Below, in pieces: positions 39,954 to 52,596 of a DNA stretch of 64,000 nucleotides; position 1 is the stretch's first letter; the number at the start of each line of letters is the position of its first letter. The notes under the pieces were generated by a model that worked only from the letters and a program-made list of their open reading frames with translations, had not been told where the DNA came from and made no database searches. Made by a program: the position numbers and the translations under genes. The DNA lies in NCBI GenBank assembly GCA_051362555.1, contig CM120644.1, positions 13,352,567 through 13,416,566 of the forward strand, in the 5' to 3' direction. The DNA is from Lingula anatina (lineage: Eukaryota; Animalia; Brachiopoda).

Positions 39954-41553
39954 AACTAGAGGATCAGAGAGGCGATACCGCCTCCGGATATTGTACCACC
40001 AGCTGGAGTAAGCGCATTCGAATGGAACCACCCCCCCCCCCCCAAAAAAAAAAAAAAAAAAAAAGGGACACCACAACCAGTCTTGTCCTTGACAAGCTCT
40101 ATGCAATAAACAAGAATTTTCAAAATATGCAAAAAAAAAAAAGAAGAAAAAACATAACATAAAAATGGTCCAATCAAGCGGATTTTCCAATTGGCCTGTA
40201 TTTTCCTAACATTGATCACTCCTGTGATTTTCTAGACAATAGGCCTATTGGTTTTCCTTGAAATGTGTTATCAGTGTAGCATATATGCTGACAAAAGAGA
40301 AAACCTAAGGGCAACACTGAGCATATCTCTGCTAGTTTTGAAGATATGAGGGGCAAGAAAATATGCAAAGGTCAGTTCATGGTCTATGATTTCCCATTCA
40401 AGTCAAATAGTAACTATGGGTATCTCCTTGCTAATTTTGGAGATAAAGAAGCCAGAAAACATGCAAAGTACAGTTCATCATAAAAAGTAGGTCAAAGGTC
40501 AATTTCAAGGTCACAGTTAGATTGCCAGTATGTGACTTCCTGTTCAGGTTCAATAGTAACTATGGGTATATCTCTGCCAGTTTTCGAGATATAAGGGAGA
40601 TAATTTTTGCAAAGTTCAGTTCATGGTGAAAAGTAGGTCAAAGGTCAATTTCAAGGTCACAGTTAGATTATCAGTATATGACTTCCTATTCAAGTTCAAT
40701 AGTAACTAAGGGCTTATCTCTGCTAATTTTTGAGTAATTCACATTTTATTTTCACCACTGAATTTTGGATGTTGAACTTTTTGATATAGTGCAATGCCTA
40801 AGCCGTATCAAAAACAAAAAAAATGGACACCACCCCCAGTGTTGCCCTTGACAAGTTCTACAAAATGCAAAAAACAAGAGGTCTCTAGCATTAACGGTTC
40901 CAGAATTAGAGAGAATTTTCAGTTTCAGCATCTAAAGGCCGCTACTACCATGAAAATTCACCGATTGACCCCAAACTCACGAAAATGAAAGATGACCCTA
41001 AGGGTAACACCTGCTCATAATATTATAGGTAAGATATGTTTCGTTTCTAAATATCGGCTGAAATAAAAATTTTCTAGCAAAAAATTCCCATTTTTAGAAA
41101 ATTTTGGCCTGTTTGACCTTGAAATAAAGGTCAAAGATCAAATCCAAGGGCATATTTGAAATCCTCACGTATGACTTTTGGTCAGCCATCTGTAGTAATT
41201 TTTTCCATAATTCCATCGGTTTGGGAGATATTTAGCATTGAATTTTCAAAATTTTTGACAAGGGTGCATTTCAAAGAGCGTCACGCCCAGGTCAATGCAC
41301 CAACTGAGACAAAAAAACCTGGGGGTTCAAGTTGAGATTATATGTGACCTAAATCCAAGAGATGGGGACACAGGTCCTTGCGGTCTAGGAGGAGAAGCGG
41401 TAACGGTGACTCGTATCCCACGTCATCCTGCGGAGCCGCAGGAGCCGCAGGAGCCGCAGGAGCCGGCAGAGCCGGCGGAGCCGGCGGAGCTGTACGAGAC
41501 GGGTCGGGACTAAAACCATGAGTACCGCCAGCGTACACGCTGGTGGTACTAAT
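39954..41553. mobile_element. Helentron-associated (HINE/DINE-like) non-autonomous element
   Basis: Subterminal IR GTACCACCAGC (39993-40003) / GCTGGTGGTAC (41539-41549); terminal hairpin 41521-41550; small hairpin GAGGCG-ATAC-CGCCTC at 39969; internal ~127-bp AGGTCA-rich tandem repeats and a 9-bp minisatellite; sits in a (TAA)n tract with no clear TSD. Confidence 0.65.
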
Positions 41554-42144
41554 AATGATAATAATAACAAACTGAATAAACATGCATATCTCACGGTTGG
41601 AGTAAGAATTATCAGCAAGCATAAACATCATTCTTTTCTTTCTCATTATATCAAATGATGGATACATGTATATCAGTAATTCTAGATGTGTGCTGAGGTC
41701 AGAGACACATTATAATTGTTATCAAAATTCTGCAAAATATGGAAAATAAATTATACATGTCTTCATTATTCATACATATGAACCTAGAGAACATGGTATA
41801 TGTACATGTTTGTGTTATTTACCCAGTCACAGATTATGATGTATGCTAAAAACAAGCTGTAAACATGTATGAGTCACAGGTACCATTTTAAAATTATTTT
41901 CCCGAAAAAATGAACTGAAAAGACAAACATTCTCTCTATCCCTGCTTTTTTATACAGTAGCTGTTCTCTACAGCTTTTTTCCCTGAATTTATTTTTTAAA
42001 TTGATTGAACAGGTCCTCAAATTAGTGATGATCTTAACTGTTTACTATAACTGATAAATACAAGTATATTTAGTTATTTTGAGAATCTTATTTTCATGGA
42101 GACATACTTTTTAAAAAATAATGTTTACCTTCACCCTGAAAAAA

Positions 42145-42206
42145 TTAATAAAATAAAATAAAATAAAATAAAATAAAATAAAATAAAATAAAATAAAATA
42201 AAATAA
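42145..42206. repeat. (AAAAT)n microsatellite
   Basis: Direct reading. Confidence 0.9.
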
Positions 42207-42432
42207 ATTACTGGGGAACACATTTAATACTGACATTACCTGGGTAATTATATTATCAATAATGCCCTCTGTGTACTTGAGTACCATTTCATAAACCAGT
42301 AATACTATTTCAAATAATAGATGTTCCAAGAAATGTGTGATTATCAGATGAAATTTCAAGCGATAAAACGTCAGGATAATCATACCACATACAACAAACA
42401 GATAAAAGCTTTCTTCTTTCAAGGCAAAGCTG

Positions 42433-42589
42433 GGCTCCGTAACTCGAGAGCATCACGAACTGTGGCTGAGCGCAAGCATGGAGATTCACCTCTATTCCAT
42501 TACTCGGGCTTTACTCGCCCCGTATAACAGCTGCGAAATGAAAGGTGATACCTCTACCGCAATTCGTGATGCTTTCGAGTTACAGAGCC
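42433..42589. mobile_element. Small MITE (Harbinger-like, CTG flanks)
   Basis: ~33-bp imperfect TIRs GGCTCCGTAACTCGAGAGCATCACGAACTGTGG / CCGCAATTCGTGATGCTTTCGAGTTACAGAGCC. Confidence 0.7.
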
Positions 42590-44825
42590 CTGCTCTGCTC
42601 TATTTATTTAAAGTGCATGTGAACAAACATCTGGGTTAATAAATTGTACTGTGAAAATTGACAAATGCAAATATCCTTAAGAGATCTTCAGTTTTAAATA
42701 TCAACAGCAGCACATTATTCAGGTCATCTAATTATACTCTGACTAACGCTCCAGGTTTATTTTAAACATGAACGTTAACACAATATTCAGGCTAAACACA
42801 TTTAGGACAGACAGGCCACATGCTATAATGTCATTATAAAGCATGCAATCACACACAGGTGACACAGGTAATGATCTTCACACACACTCTTCACCTCTAT
42901 TTTAATCTTGCCCATAAACAAGTTACTCAGGACACATTGGGGCTGTCCCTGTTATTTTCCTTGTGTAACATATTTACGCTTCTACTCATGTACTTCAAAC
43001 AACAGTGGCCACAATTTCTATTTACAGAAGTTGCTCAAGCAATTTGATGGTGTGATTAATCCAAACAAATAAATTATTTTCTAAAATTATTTTTTCTTGG
43101 TTTGTACCCTTAGATCAAACATAAAAATCATGGGACAGAAATTTTTACTTGTTTCGATCATTCAACCATGTCGTCCGCAAGACTCTGTGATTTTTCAACC
43201 CAGTTAGGAGCTTTTTCTGTGGGGGTCCTTTTCTAAAACATGCCTTGGGCTTCTGTTTAAGAAGGAAGCATTATGGTCTGAAATGCAGTAATTTTTTTTC
43301 CTTCTCATGAAAAGGGAAATACAACAATCTAATTCAGCATAGAATTTCTCATATTACCTGTACACTGTGTTATGGACAAATAAATACAATAATGGTTTCT
43401 TCTTACAACATGTATCTTAACAGAGATACATGCATTTGCACGATTCCTACATCTCAGTGTCACACTACACATCCTATTAGGGGAATGACCTTGTTAGACA
43501 ATAAGATATTGTCCAGGAGTGCACTATATATTTACAGATAGACATAACTGGTGACAAATTTTTAAGAGGCTACATCATTTCAGAAGGAAAAAAGATTTCA
43601 CAGAAAGCAAATTACATAGGAATGGCCCATTAAAAAAAAAGAAAAAAAAAAGCCCCGAAAAAATCATTTTAATTTTGAATAAATGTCTGCATCTTTATAA
43701 ATTGTATTATATAGTAACATAAATAAGAAATGGAGGTGAAAGCTAAATAAATTATGATACAGTAGTGTTTGCCTTGTCCTTTTAAATAATTCATGATGTT
43801 ATTTATTAAGAACCAGATAATGCACACAACAGTACTAGTAAACAAATATAACTCATATATAATTTTGCCAACATGATGTTATGAAGAGAGAGAAAAAGAG
43901 AGAGAGACAGAGAGAGAAAGGAGAGGGGGGCAAGAGGATTGTCTTTCCATGCTTCAATATAAGGAACTCCAAATTCATAACTGACTACTCTCTACCATGG
44001 CCGCAAAAATCATGCGCACTTTTCTCCAATGCCAATAAATGTGCCATGAATGTTAGCCAGAGACATATCGCTGAATATCTCATGCAAAAATATTCTGTGG
44101 TCCTTGTAGAAGGTATAAATTGACCCCCTCTTCAACTCATTCCGTTCTGCCATACCCCCAGCCACACATAGACCCTTATTTATTATAACAATAATCTTGT
44201 CCAAGCCATGTTCTAACAGCCTCTTCTGCACACACGCACACACACACAATTAATGGTATATAAACAAACGAGTACACACACATACATTGCACACTTAGTG
44301 TCACACACACAAACAACAATGGTTATTTTTTCCTAAAACTCTATCTTATCAAGATAATAATTACTATTATAGTAGTAAACAAAGCTAATTGGCTATGTGA
44401 ACAATGACAATTTTATCATTAAAACAAACAATAGTGGATAATCAGGCACTAAATAATAATGTATACTGTGACAAATATTTACATAAACATGTTCAATGTA
44501 TTTGTGTGTCCTTGATCAACATACGTACGTAATCAAGCAGTGTAATTATCGGTAGTAAACAAGGATAAATGCTCTGTTTGGGAGAGATGTCTGGTTTAAT
44601 CAATGATGAATCAAGAACCTCACTTAGTCTACTAGGATTCTGGGTTCAATTTCAATAAGGAACTTTTCTAAAAATTTCATAAAAGAACAAAACTTACTAT
44701 CCCAAAGGATAATTGTTCACAGGTCAATCAACACTCAATAACCCATAAGCTTTCAGACTGATAAAAGATCTTGTGCCAAGAGCAAAACAACGGGCAACAA
44801 CAAATATATTGGTAGTGAATGCAGG

Positions 44826-45151
44826 TTGTGTTAGATGAGACCAATGATTGTGTTAGGTGTGATATTGTTAATTGTGTTAGATGAGACCAATGATTGTGTA
44901 AGGTGTGGCATTGTTAATTGTGTAAGTTGAGACCAATGATTGTGTAAGGTGTGATATTGTTAATTGTGTTAGATGAGACCAATGATTGTGTTAGGTGTGA
45001 TAGTGTTAATTGTATAAGTTGAGACCAATGATTGTGTAAGGTGTGATATTGTTAATTGTGTTAGATGAGACCAATGATTGTGTAAGGTGTGATATTGTTA
45101 ATTGTGTTAGATGAGACCAATGATTGTGTTAGGTGTGATGTTGTTAATTGT
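44826..45151. repeat. Minisatellite, ~46-bp unit, ~7 copies
   Basis: TTGTGTTAGATGAGACCAATGATTGTGT(T/A)AGGTGTGATATTGTTAA repeated head to tail with no unique spacers. Confidence 0.92.
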
Positions 45152-46631
45152 ACTTCACAGAACTAATAAAAAGTTTTTTCAGCTACATCTGTACATATGT
45201 GGTTATAAATAAAAATGATTCAGACACTTTTTTCCAGTTACTAGTAACTATGGGTATAATTTATATGAAATGGCAGAGCATTATCATTTTGGTCCATTGC
45301 ATAATAAATAACAAGGAACAATAGTAAATGTGTGACTTTGAATAACTGCATGTCTTCATTTACCACTTACCCCTTCATACTACAGCCATTATTGTTAATA
45401 AGATGGTGGTGGTGGTGGTGGTGTGGGGGGGTCATTCAATGCATACATGTCAGTGCACAGAAAAGCCAATGTATCCTTGATTTTTGGACAAGTACAGACC
45501 CAACCTGTAGCTACAACAACATGCGTCATTATTATCATCCTCAGTACTCTGTTTAAAGTCCAGGGTTATCTAATCAAGGACACTGACGCTTTAATTGATG
45601 CAATAACATCAACATGTTTGTTCATTTATCAGTCTAAGGTGAAAGGACATCCGGGGCCTGCTTCATAAAAATTCCCGGAATCAGTTTTTAGTTTCAACCT
45701 GACAGATGGACGGGGCAGGGAAAGAAAGGAATTGAAAGAGTTTGCAAATTTGCAAGTTAAGTGAGAGAGTGAATGAGGGAGAGTAATGGAGAGAGAAAAG
45801 ATGGAGGCAGGGGCCAGAAAGGGAAATACATTCTAATTAGTAATGAGAGAGACCATAATTGAAAAACGGTTATTTTTCACATCAAAATTTATCAATATAC
45901 AACTAACCATAGTAATCAAATACATCTAAGCTGTCTATATTTATACAAGACGTGATAAAAACACCTACTAGTAACCATGGCTTATCTTAGGACTCATCAG
46001 TCTGAGAATCAGATTAAAAATATATTAAAAATCAGTAATTCTGTGGAAAGAGAGTCATGTCTTTAATTATTCCAGTATGCTATATAGATTCTGTTACAGC
46101 TGAATGTGAAATACATATCATAGCAACAACAATAATAATCCGCACCTTGACAGTAAACAGTACACTTGTATGGTAGATGTGTCATAATTAAGAACCTTAT
46201 ATGCCTGACAAAAACAAAGCTGATCTCATATATAGAACATGTACCAGCAGCGTGTGCGAGAAACCACACAGCTGTTCCAACTACAAGGTTATTAACACGA
46301 TTCAAAAACAACAACAACATCAACAACAACCCTGGATCTGGTCTTCAATAACCTTCACCCTATGGCAGATGCGTCTCTGTCTGTTAAACCTATTAGAAAA
46401 AAAATCCAATAATGTGCCTGGAATACATGACTCAGGCTTTCAGCTTTTGAAAAATAGACATTAAAATGAAAATATTAATAAAATATGTAACATGACAGTG
46501 GCTATGTCTTCATCATTACTGAAAGAGATCTGATGCCTGTGCCTGCAATCATTTTTCCATTATCAAACACAAAGTTCACAGTTATTTGTCACAATGTTTA
46601 GAAATGAATCGTTTCATGAGCAATAATTCAT

Positions 46632-46671
<40 letters not shown>

Positions 46672-47333
46672 TTCTTTGGTTAACTACTTTTACTGTGAAT
46701 TCTGTTAAACAAGATCAGAGAGCAACTTAAGAAAATCCATTAAGCTGTATGTAAAATCAAGAGCCATGCACAACATTATTTCAGTATATCCCAGATGTCA
46801 GCTATCTCATGTTGTTATTATTGGCAGGAATTGAATGGAAGACAATGTTGATATTACCAATTTTTGCCAAAAAAAAAAAAGGGGAGCACAATAGAGATAA
46901 CACAGTCACTCTTTTTCCAGAAATAAAGACGGCACAAAATGAAACAAAGGAAATTTGTAGAACTGAAATTACAGCTTTAACAGCAGTTTGGTGTCATACT
47001 ATCTTAAGATCACAGACATGTGAGGTCGCATTCACAACTTTAAGTCGATCCCTGAACTAACAGATCCACATCAAAAAAGCTTGCTGCATAATCCAGGAAG
47101 GGGGGGGGGGGGGGGGGGGCTATTCAGTATCTGGTAGGGGATTATGCAGCAAGCATTCAAGTGGATGGGACATATTTGATCCGCGGATCAGTTAGTCCAT
47201 GGATCAAATTGATCTGAATGCGCTCTGATATTTCCTTGAACATTATTGTTGGTTCTTGACTGCCTTTTTTATCATTTTAATTAAAAGCAGTATACTAATA
47301 AATGAAACAACCTGGGGATATTTACAGTTACAT

Positions 47334-47385
<52 letters not shown>

Positions 47386-50025
47386 TCAAACGTCACTTAT
47401 GTCTTCGTTACTAGTCTTTTCTTTGAATATTTTAATTATTATTATTTTTTTTAAATCTAATTTTATGACTTGTTTTCTAAGGTGAGCATATAATGCTTTG
47501 GCAACTTGCCACCATTATTTATACTGCAACTAATATTTAACCTTTTATGAGAATAAAGATGTTAAAAAAATAGTTACATGTGTATGTGGATGGATGGATG
47601 GAGGGAGGGACAAAAGTATGAACTGATGTCACACGGGCAGATACACATCCCAAAGCAACCCAAACTTTGTGCCTAATTTTCACCTAGGTCAATTAATCAT
47701 GTTTTATGCTATAGAAAATGTGCTTTCATTAAACCTGGTGTGAACTCTTCCTAATGTAAATCCTACTGGTACGTATGGTAATTCTGAGATAAAATGGCAT
47801 CAGTTGTTTTCTTTGTTTTACATTAATATTTTACAACAACTGAAAACTTGGAATTTTGTTTATGAAAAAAAGACAATTATGAAGAACCATCTATCAACAG
47901 CTGAACTAACAACATGCCATTTGCTATTTCTTACCTAGTCTGGCATGGGTCACAGCCAGAAACAGCTGCAACATTGATTTTTGATCTCTGTGAAAAGAAT
48001 TACTCACCAATAGGTTTGCCAAATTATAGAGCAATTAGAAGTATAGGCATTTCATGTCAAGATATATCTTGACTCTATTAAAAAGAAAAAAGGGAATGTA
48101 GCATTGGAAAACAACTTTAAATTTATTTCATCGTTACTTGTTAGGGAAATTTGTTAGCTGGTCAATTTGTGTTTCTTTACATTTGTATGAATTAAAAATA
48201 TTGATATACAAAGGCATGACATAATGACCTTCAATAATAGTGCATTGTCTTTAGCTACATTAAAAAGATTTGGGAAACTGGGGATTTTACACGCATTTTG
48301 TTTCTATTAATTGAAATTCATTTCACAAGATGATGCTGTTAAAACACCTTTCTGATCATGCTTCTAGCATTCTCTGATAGAAATTTTCCTTTGTCCTTTT
48401 GCATTTGGAATTTGCCAGCATCTGAACAGCTTTAATGTCATTTATTGACAAAGATCTCAGAACGCTAAAAACACAGGATCAGGTATCACAAGAAAAAATA
48501 GGACATTAATTGATTTTTATATTGTGCTAGGACAAAAATAATGGAGGACTCCCTGTAGGCATTTTCAATATTAATTCTTAGTGGAGGGGGAGTACAGAGG
48601 AAGTGTGCCAATTAGCTTAATGCATGCATGTCAAATGATGCATTGGTCAAAGTGACACGTATTCAAAGTGCTAATAGAATTGTCAAGGCGAGGAGTGAAT
48701 CATTTCAAGAAGGTTGGCACGTTCAGAGCCAGACCAACTTAAAACAGTAAATAATGTACTACAACTAACAGCAGTAGAAAGACAGCCAGAGGGCTGTTTT
48801 ATAAAAAAAGGACCTTTAGACAAGAAAGTGGTCTAAATTTTTAGACCAAATGAAAGTCTACATGTACTTTGAGTGCAGATAATTCAGTATGCGTCCAATT
48901 AAATGAAATATTGCACTTGTTTAACAACAGGGAAGAGATTGCAAATGGTCCAAAGCAATTCTTGGTTTATTGAAGTTGACAAGTATAGATTTATTTTTAA
49001 CTTAAGTAGACCTAACATCTAGTTTTATAGTTTAAATAAGTTTTCCGGCTAAAGTCATTTTTGTGAACTAGTCAAAAGGGCCTCATTACATCAGCCACTA
49101 TATATGTGTTATTTATTTATTATATATTCTTTTTTATTTCATTTTATTTTTAAATTTATTTACTTATTTTAATTTTTGGTAAAATATTTTAATACTATGA
49201 AGTGGCTACTGCAACTAATACAGCAGGGGTGGATTGAGGCCGTCTTCTGGGTCTTCTGGAAGACAGACAGATTTTCAAGTTTACATTGACAGGTATCTAC
49301 TAGTAACTTTTTCTGTCAGAAGACAGTCAAAAATAGAGAATAGATCAACAAAGATTATTTGGAAGACTATCAAAAAATATCTCTGGATATCTCTGCCACT
49401 GTGCACAGTGTACAGAAGTTTGAGTATATACCACATCCATAAGCTGAATGCATTAGAGAAGCCACATAACAATTAACAGTACCTGGAGGTATTCCCATTG
49501 CAGTAGATAAACAGGCTGTGACATAAACACTAGCCCCACTAAAATCAAAGACAGACCAAGAATTTTCTAAATTTGCTAAATTGCTGGTCCCTGTTTCTGC
49601 TTTAGATCTATAGATTTTTAGACTTTGGTGACTGGAAGGTCAAGTAGGTTTTAAAGTTTTTGGTGCAGATTAGATGTAATGCAAAAATTAATTCACAAAC
49701 ACTTGTTGGTCTCTGATATGGCTACATTGTGCCAAGTGGTTAAGTAATTGCTATCCTCAGGATATCTAATTTTAGCCAATAGATAGTGTTACCCAGCCTT
49801 GATTGCCATTTGGTAATTTGGTAAAAGCATTTTTTTATATACTTTTAACAGACCAATGCTGTCAAGTATGAAGAAAGTCATAATGGGATGAATGGTAACA
49901 GGAAACCTTTATAAAGTAAAGGGGTGCTTTTTTCCCATTTCTTTAGCAGTTTTACCCTTTTGGACCCTGGACACCCAAAATTCAATAAATATGCTATTTA
50001 ATTATGAACATTATGTAAAACTTAC

Positions 50026-50100
50026 CCAATTTCTTCTGTATCCAGGGGATCCTTGGACAACAAGATGGTAAGAGCAGGAATGTTCCTATTAACTTTTAAC
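50026..50100 (-). CDS. RPP25L: RPP25L exon: (R)LKVNRNIPALTILLSKDPLDTEEI(G)
   Basis: AG/GT boundaries, phase 2/2; matches the Alba/Rpp25 motif VxRxVPAxxILLSxDPLD. Confidence 0.92.
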
Positions 50101-50542
50101 CTAAAACATGATATATGATAATATTAACCAAATATAAAATTCTGAATAAGCATTTTAATGCAAATTAAAATTTTGAAATTAGGCCAAAAATTGGCAAAAT
50201 GTTTAATTGGTTATATGGGAATATTCCAAATTACTTCAATGAATGTTAACTATGTCATCAGACTGAAAGAAGGTTTCATTTTGTATGGATTCATATAGAC
50301 AGTCATCAGACAAAGATACTCTAAGAACAGAATGTTTCTTTCAAACAAATTAAATTTCTGGTCAAAATTATTTTACTAGGTGTGTGTAGTCAAATTGAGC
50401 CCAACTTGGGATACTTTATCTTTTAACTGACTGTGCACTGCCCCACCCCCCCTCTCTCTCCTCCCCCTAGTCAGTTAAAAGTTAGAATTTTAAAAGAGAT
50501 CTGAATAAAAAAGTTCAGAATAATGATCATAATATAGAATAC

Positions 50543-50584
50543 CTGTCCAGTCCCTCTAACTTGGGCTCCCAGTATTCTTCTATC
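50543..50584 (-). CDS. RPP25L: RPP25L exon: (R)IEEYWEPKLEGLD(R)
   Basis: TTTCAG acceptor, GTAT donor, frame-consistent; conserved WEPxxEGLD. Confidence 0.92.
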
Positions 50585-51022
50585 CTGAAACCAGAGAAAC
50601 GGTGTAAATACTCATTCAATTTGAACAACTGTTATTTCTCCCTAATTTGTTCTGCTAGTTTTAATTCAAATTAAAATTCATAATTAAAAAAACTGGAGCT
50701 TCTGAAAGTTACTTAGCTTTGTGTTAAAAAGCAAAATGTTGTATTTGAAAATAGTAAATCTTGGGAAAGTGAAATATAAGAAAAATAAAAGATTTGATAT
50801 TTTCCAGTAATTACAACATTTATACAGCTATAAAACCAAAAATATTTGGACTCAATCAATTTTTATGGTTGATATGGTTTATGGTTCATAATTTTGGGTT
50901 TATAACTATATTTGCAATATATATTTTACACATGATGAATTTCTCCAAATAAAATGAGTGTAATTTATTACAGAAAGTAATAAAAATAATAAAAGATGAG
51001 TGAGAGTAAACACTCAACTCAC

Positions 51023-51057
51023 CTTTTGTACCTGGCCCTTGTAATTTGATGAAGACC
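51023..51057 (-). CDS. RPP25L: RPP25L exon: GLHQITRARYK(R)
   Basis: TCTTCCAG acceptor, GTGAGT donor; conserved GLHQ motif. Confidence 0.92.
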
Positions 51058-51413
51058 CTGGAAGATATAAATATACATTTCATCCATTTTTGTACATAAT
51101 AGTTACACCTTAAGCACAAATTAAAGTAAATTAGTCATTTGCAAGTATCTTCTGAGTTTGTATATGACAAGTATAGGGAGATTAAAACCGCTTTACAAAC
51201 CTTCAACTTTTTTCAATCATACCTCCCCCCACCCACCCACCCCACACATTTTTCAGTGACATCAGTCATAAGTGAACTAGTAGAAACCGAGGTGGGCAGG
51301 ATGGGTGTGGGTAGGGGGATGACGAAATGGAATCTTCCCATCCCCGCTGCTCACAATATCCCCCAACTGAAAAGATCTGAGTAATAACCCCATATATATA
51401 TCGCAATGCCTTA

Positions 51414-51651
51414 AGCCTAAGTCCCAACTACGTTTGGACGCACGTTTTTTGGGTTCCTTGTGTCTGGCTAGGACGTAGCTAGATCGCACGTAGCGGCTGT
51501 TGATCATGTCGAAAAGTTTCTACGTGCTGTTTGCATCCTCCAAAAGTGGCACGATGGACGTGCACCTCACACACGAACTCCCAAGTTTTCCCCATTTTTT
51601 TTGGCTGTAGACCACACGTAGCAGCACGTACCTTCGGTTGGGACCTAGGCT
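51414..51651. mobile_element. Harbinger-type MITE in an RPP25L intron
   Basis: TIR AGCCTAAGTCCCAAC / GTTGGGACCTAGGCT with TTA on both sides; many ACGT repeats inside. Confidence 0.7.
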
Positions 51652-51710
51652 TTAATCTGTACATTATCATGCAGTACTGCTACAACTAAAAATTTAAGTT
51701 GAATACTTAC

Positions 51711-51803
51711 TTTTACTTTTCTCTTCATTATCTCTGCACAAGAGATAACTTTGGTTGTGCCAGTCCCTGCACCATTCCATGTTATCTGCTTCACTTCTGG
51801 GTC
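51711..51803 (-). CDS. RPP25L: RPP25L exon: DPEVKQITWNGAGTGTTKVISCAEIMKRKVK
   Basis: Phase 0/0, GTAAGT donor; Alba-family motif GxGxxxxKxxSCAEIxKR. Confidence 0.93.
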
Positions 51804-52596
51804 CTTAAATAGTAAATTTACACATGAATTGTCCAGAACTTGTACAATATATGCACCTGGGTATAATATTATATCTCTTGTACATAGAGTCACTATCATA
51901 TGTGTATGTCGCCGGAGCAAATATGTACAGACATTTAAAGTGAATTAGCAAATGGCATATTTCAACTAATTGATGGAAGTGAAGTAATACATTTAGTGAT
52001 ATGATTTTCTAGAACTTCTCATGAAAAAATATTAAATTAGGTTAATTGGCACTGATGCTAAATTTTCAAATCTTAATATCAGTTCCTTGAGGTGCTTAAC
52101 ACTTTGTCACAATGAAGATAAATATAATATACTATAATATACAGTAGATATACTGGTAAGCTGTTATGACTGGGAAATAGACAATTGCAATCTATTCCCT
52201 GAATGGTAGGGCCTACTGTATTATGCTGTGATATTGCACAACACTTGTGGGTCTAGGACTCTACCATGTATACTGGTATCTGTGTGTGTAGGTGTGCATG
52301 TGTGTATATACATGTTGTACATGTATATGTGTATGTTTCGGGTGCATGGTAGAAGCGGGCACAAAAATAAAGAATGACTGGTAAATTAGCTAGGTATAAT
52401 TTTAAGTGTATGTCTGCATGGGAAATATTGCTTGGTTTTGTGTCATTTTGCTAGTTTCATGTATTCTCTTTTTCTTTGCGGGGTGGACATTGAAGAAGGA
52501 ACTGGGTTGGGAGGGGGGGCACATGGCCCACGTACTGCATATGCCAATCCCCCTGTATACATATGATCATGTACAGCCCATACCCTTATATATGTA

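Noticed and set aside
41295-41667. Pro/Ala-rich and EPQ/EPA ORFs on both strands
   Set aside because: Produced by a 9-bp minisatellite at the end of the HINE-like element
44826-45151. Regular ~46-bp repeats resembling a CRISPR array
   Set aside because: Units are contiguous with no unique spacers, there are no cas genes, and the context is a eukaryotic intron; it is an ordinary minisatellite
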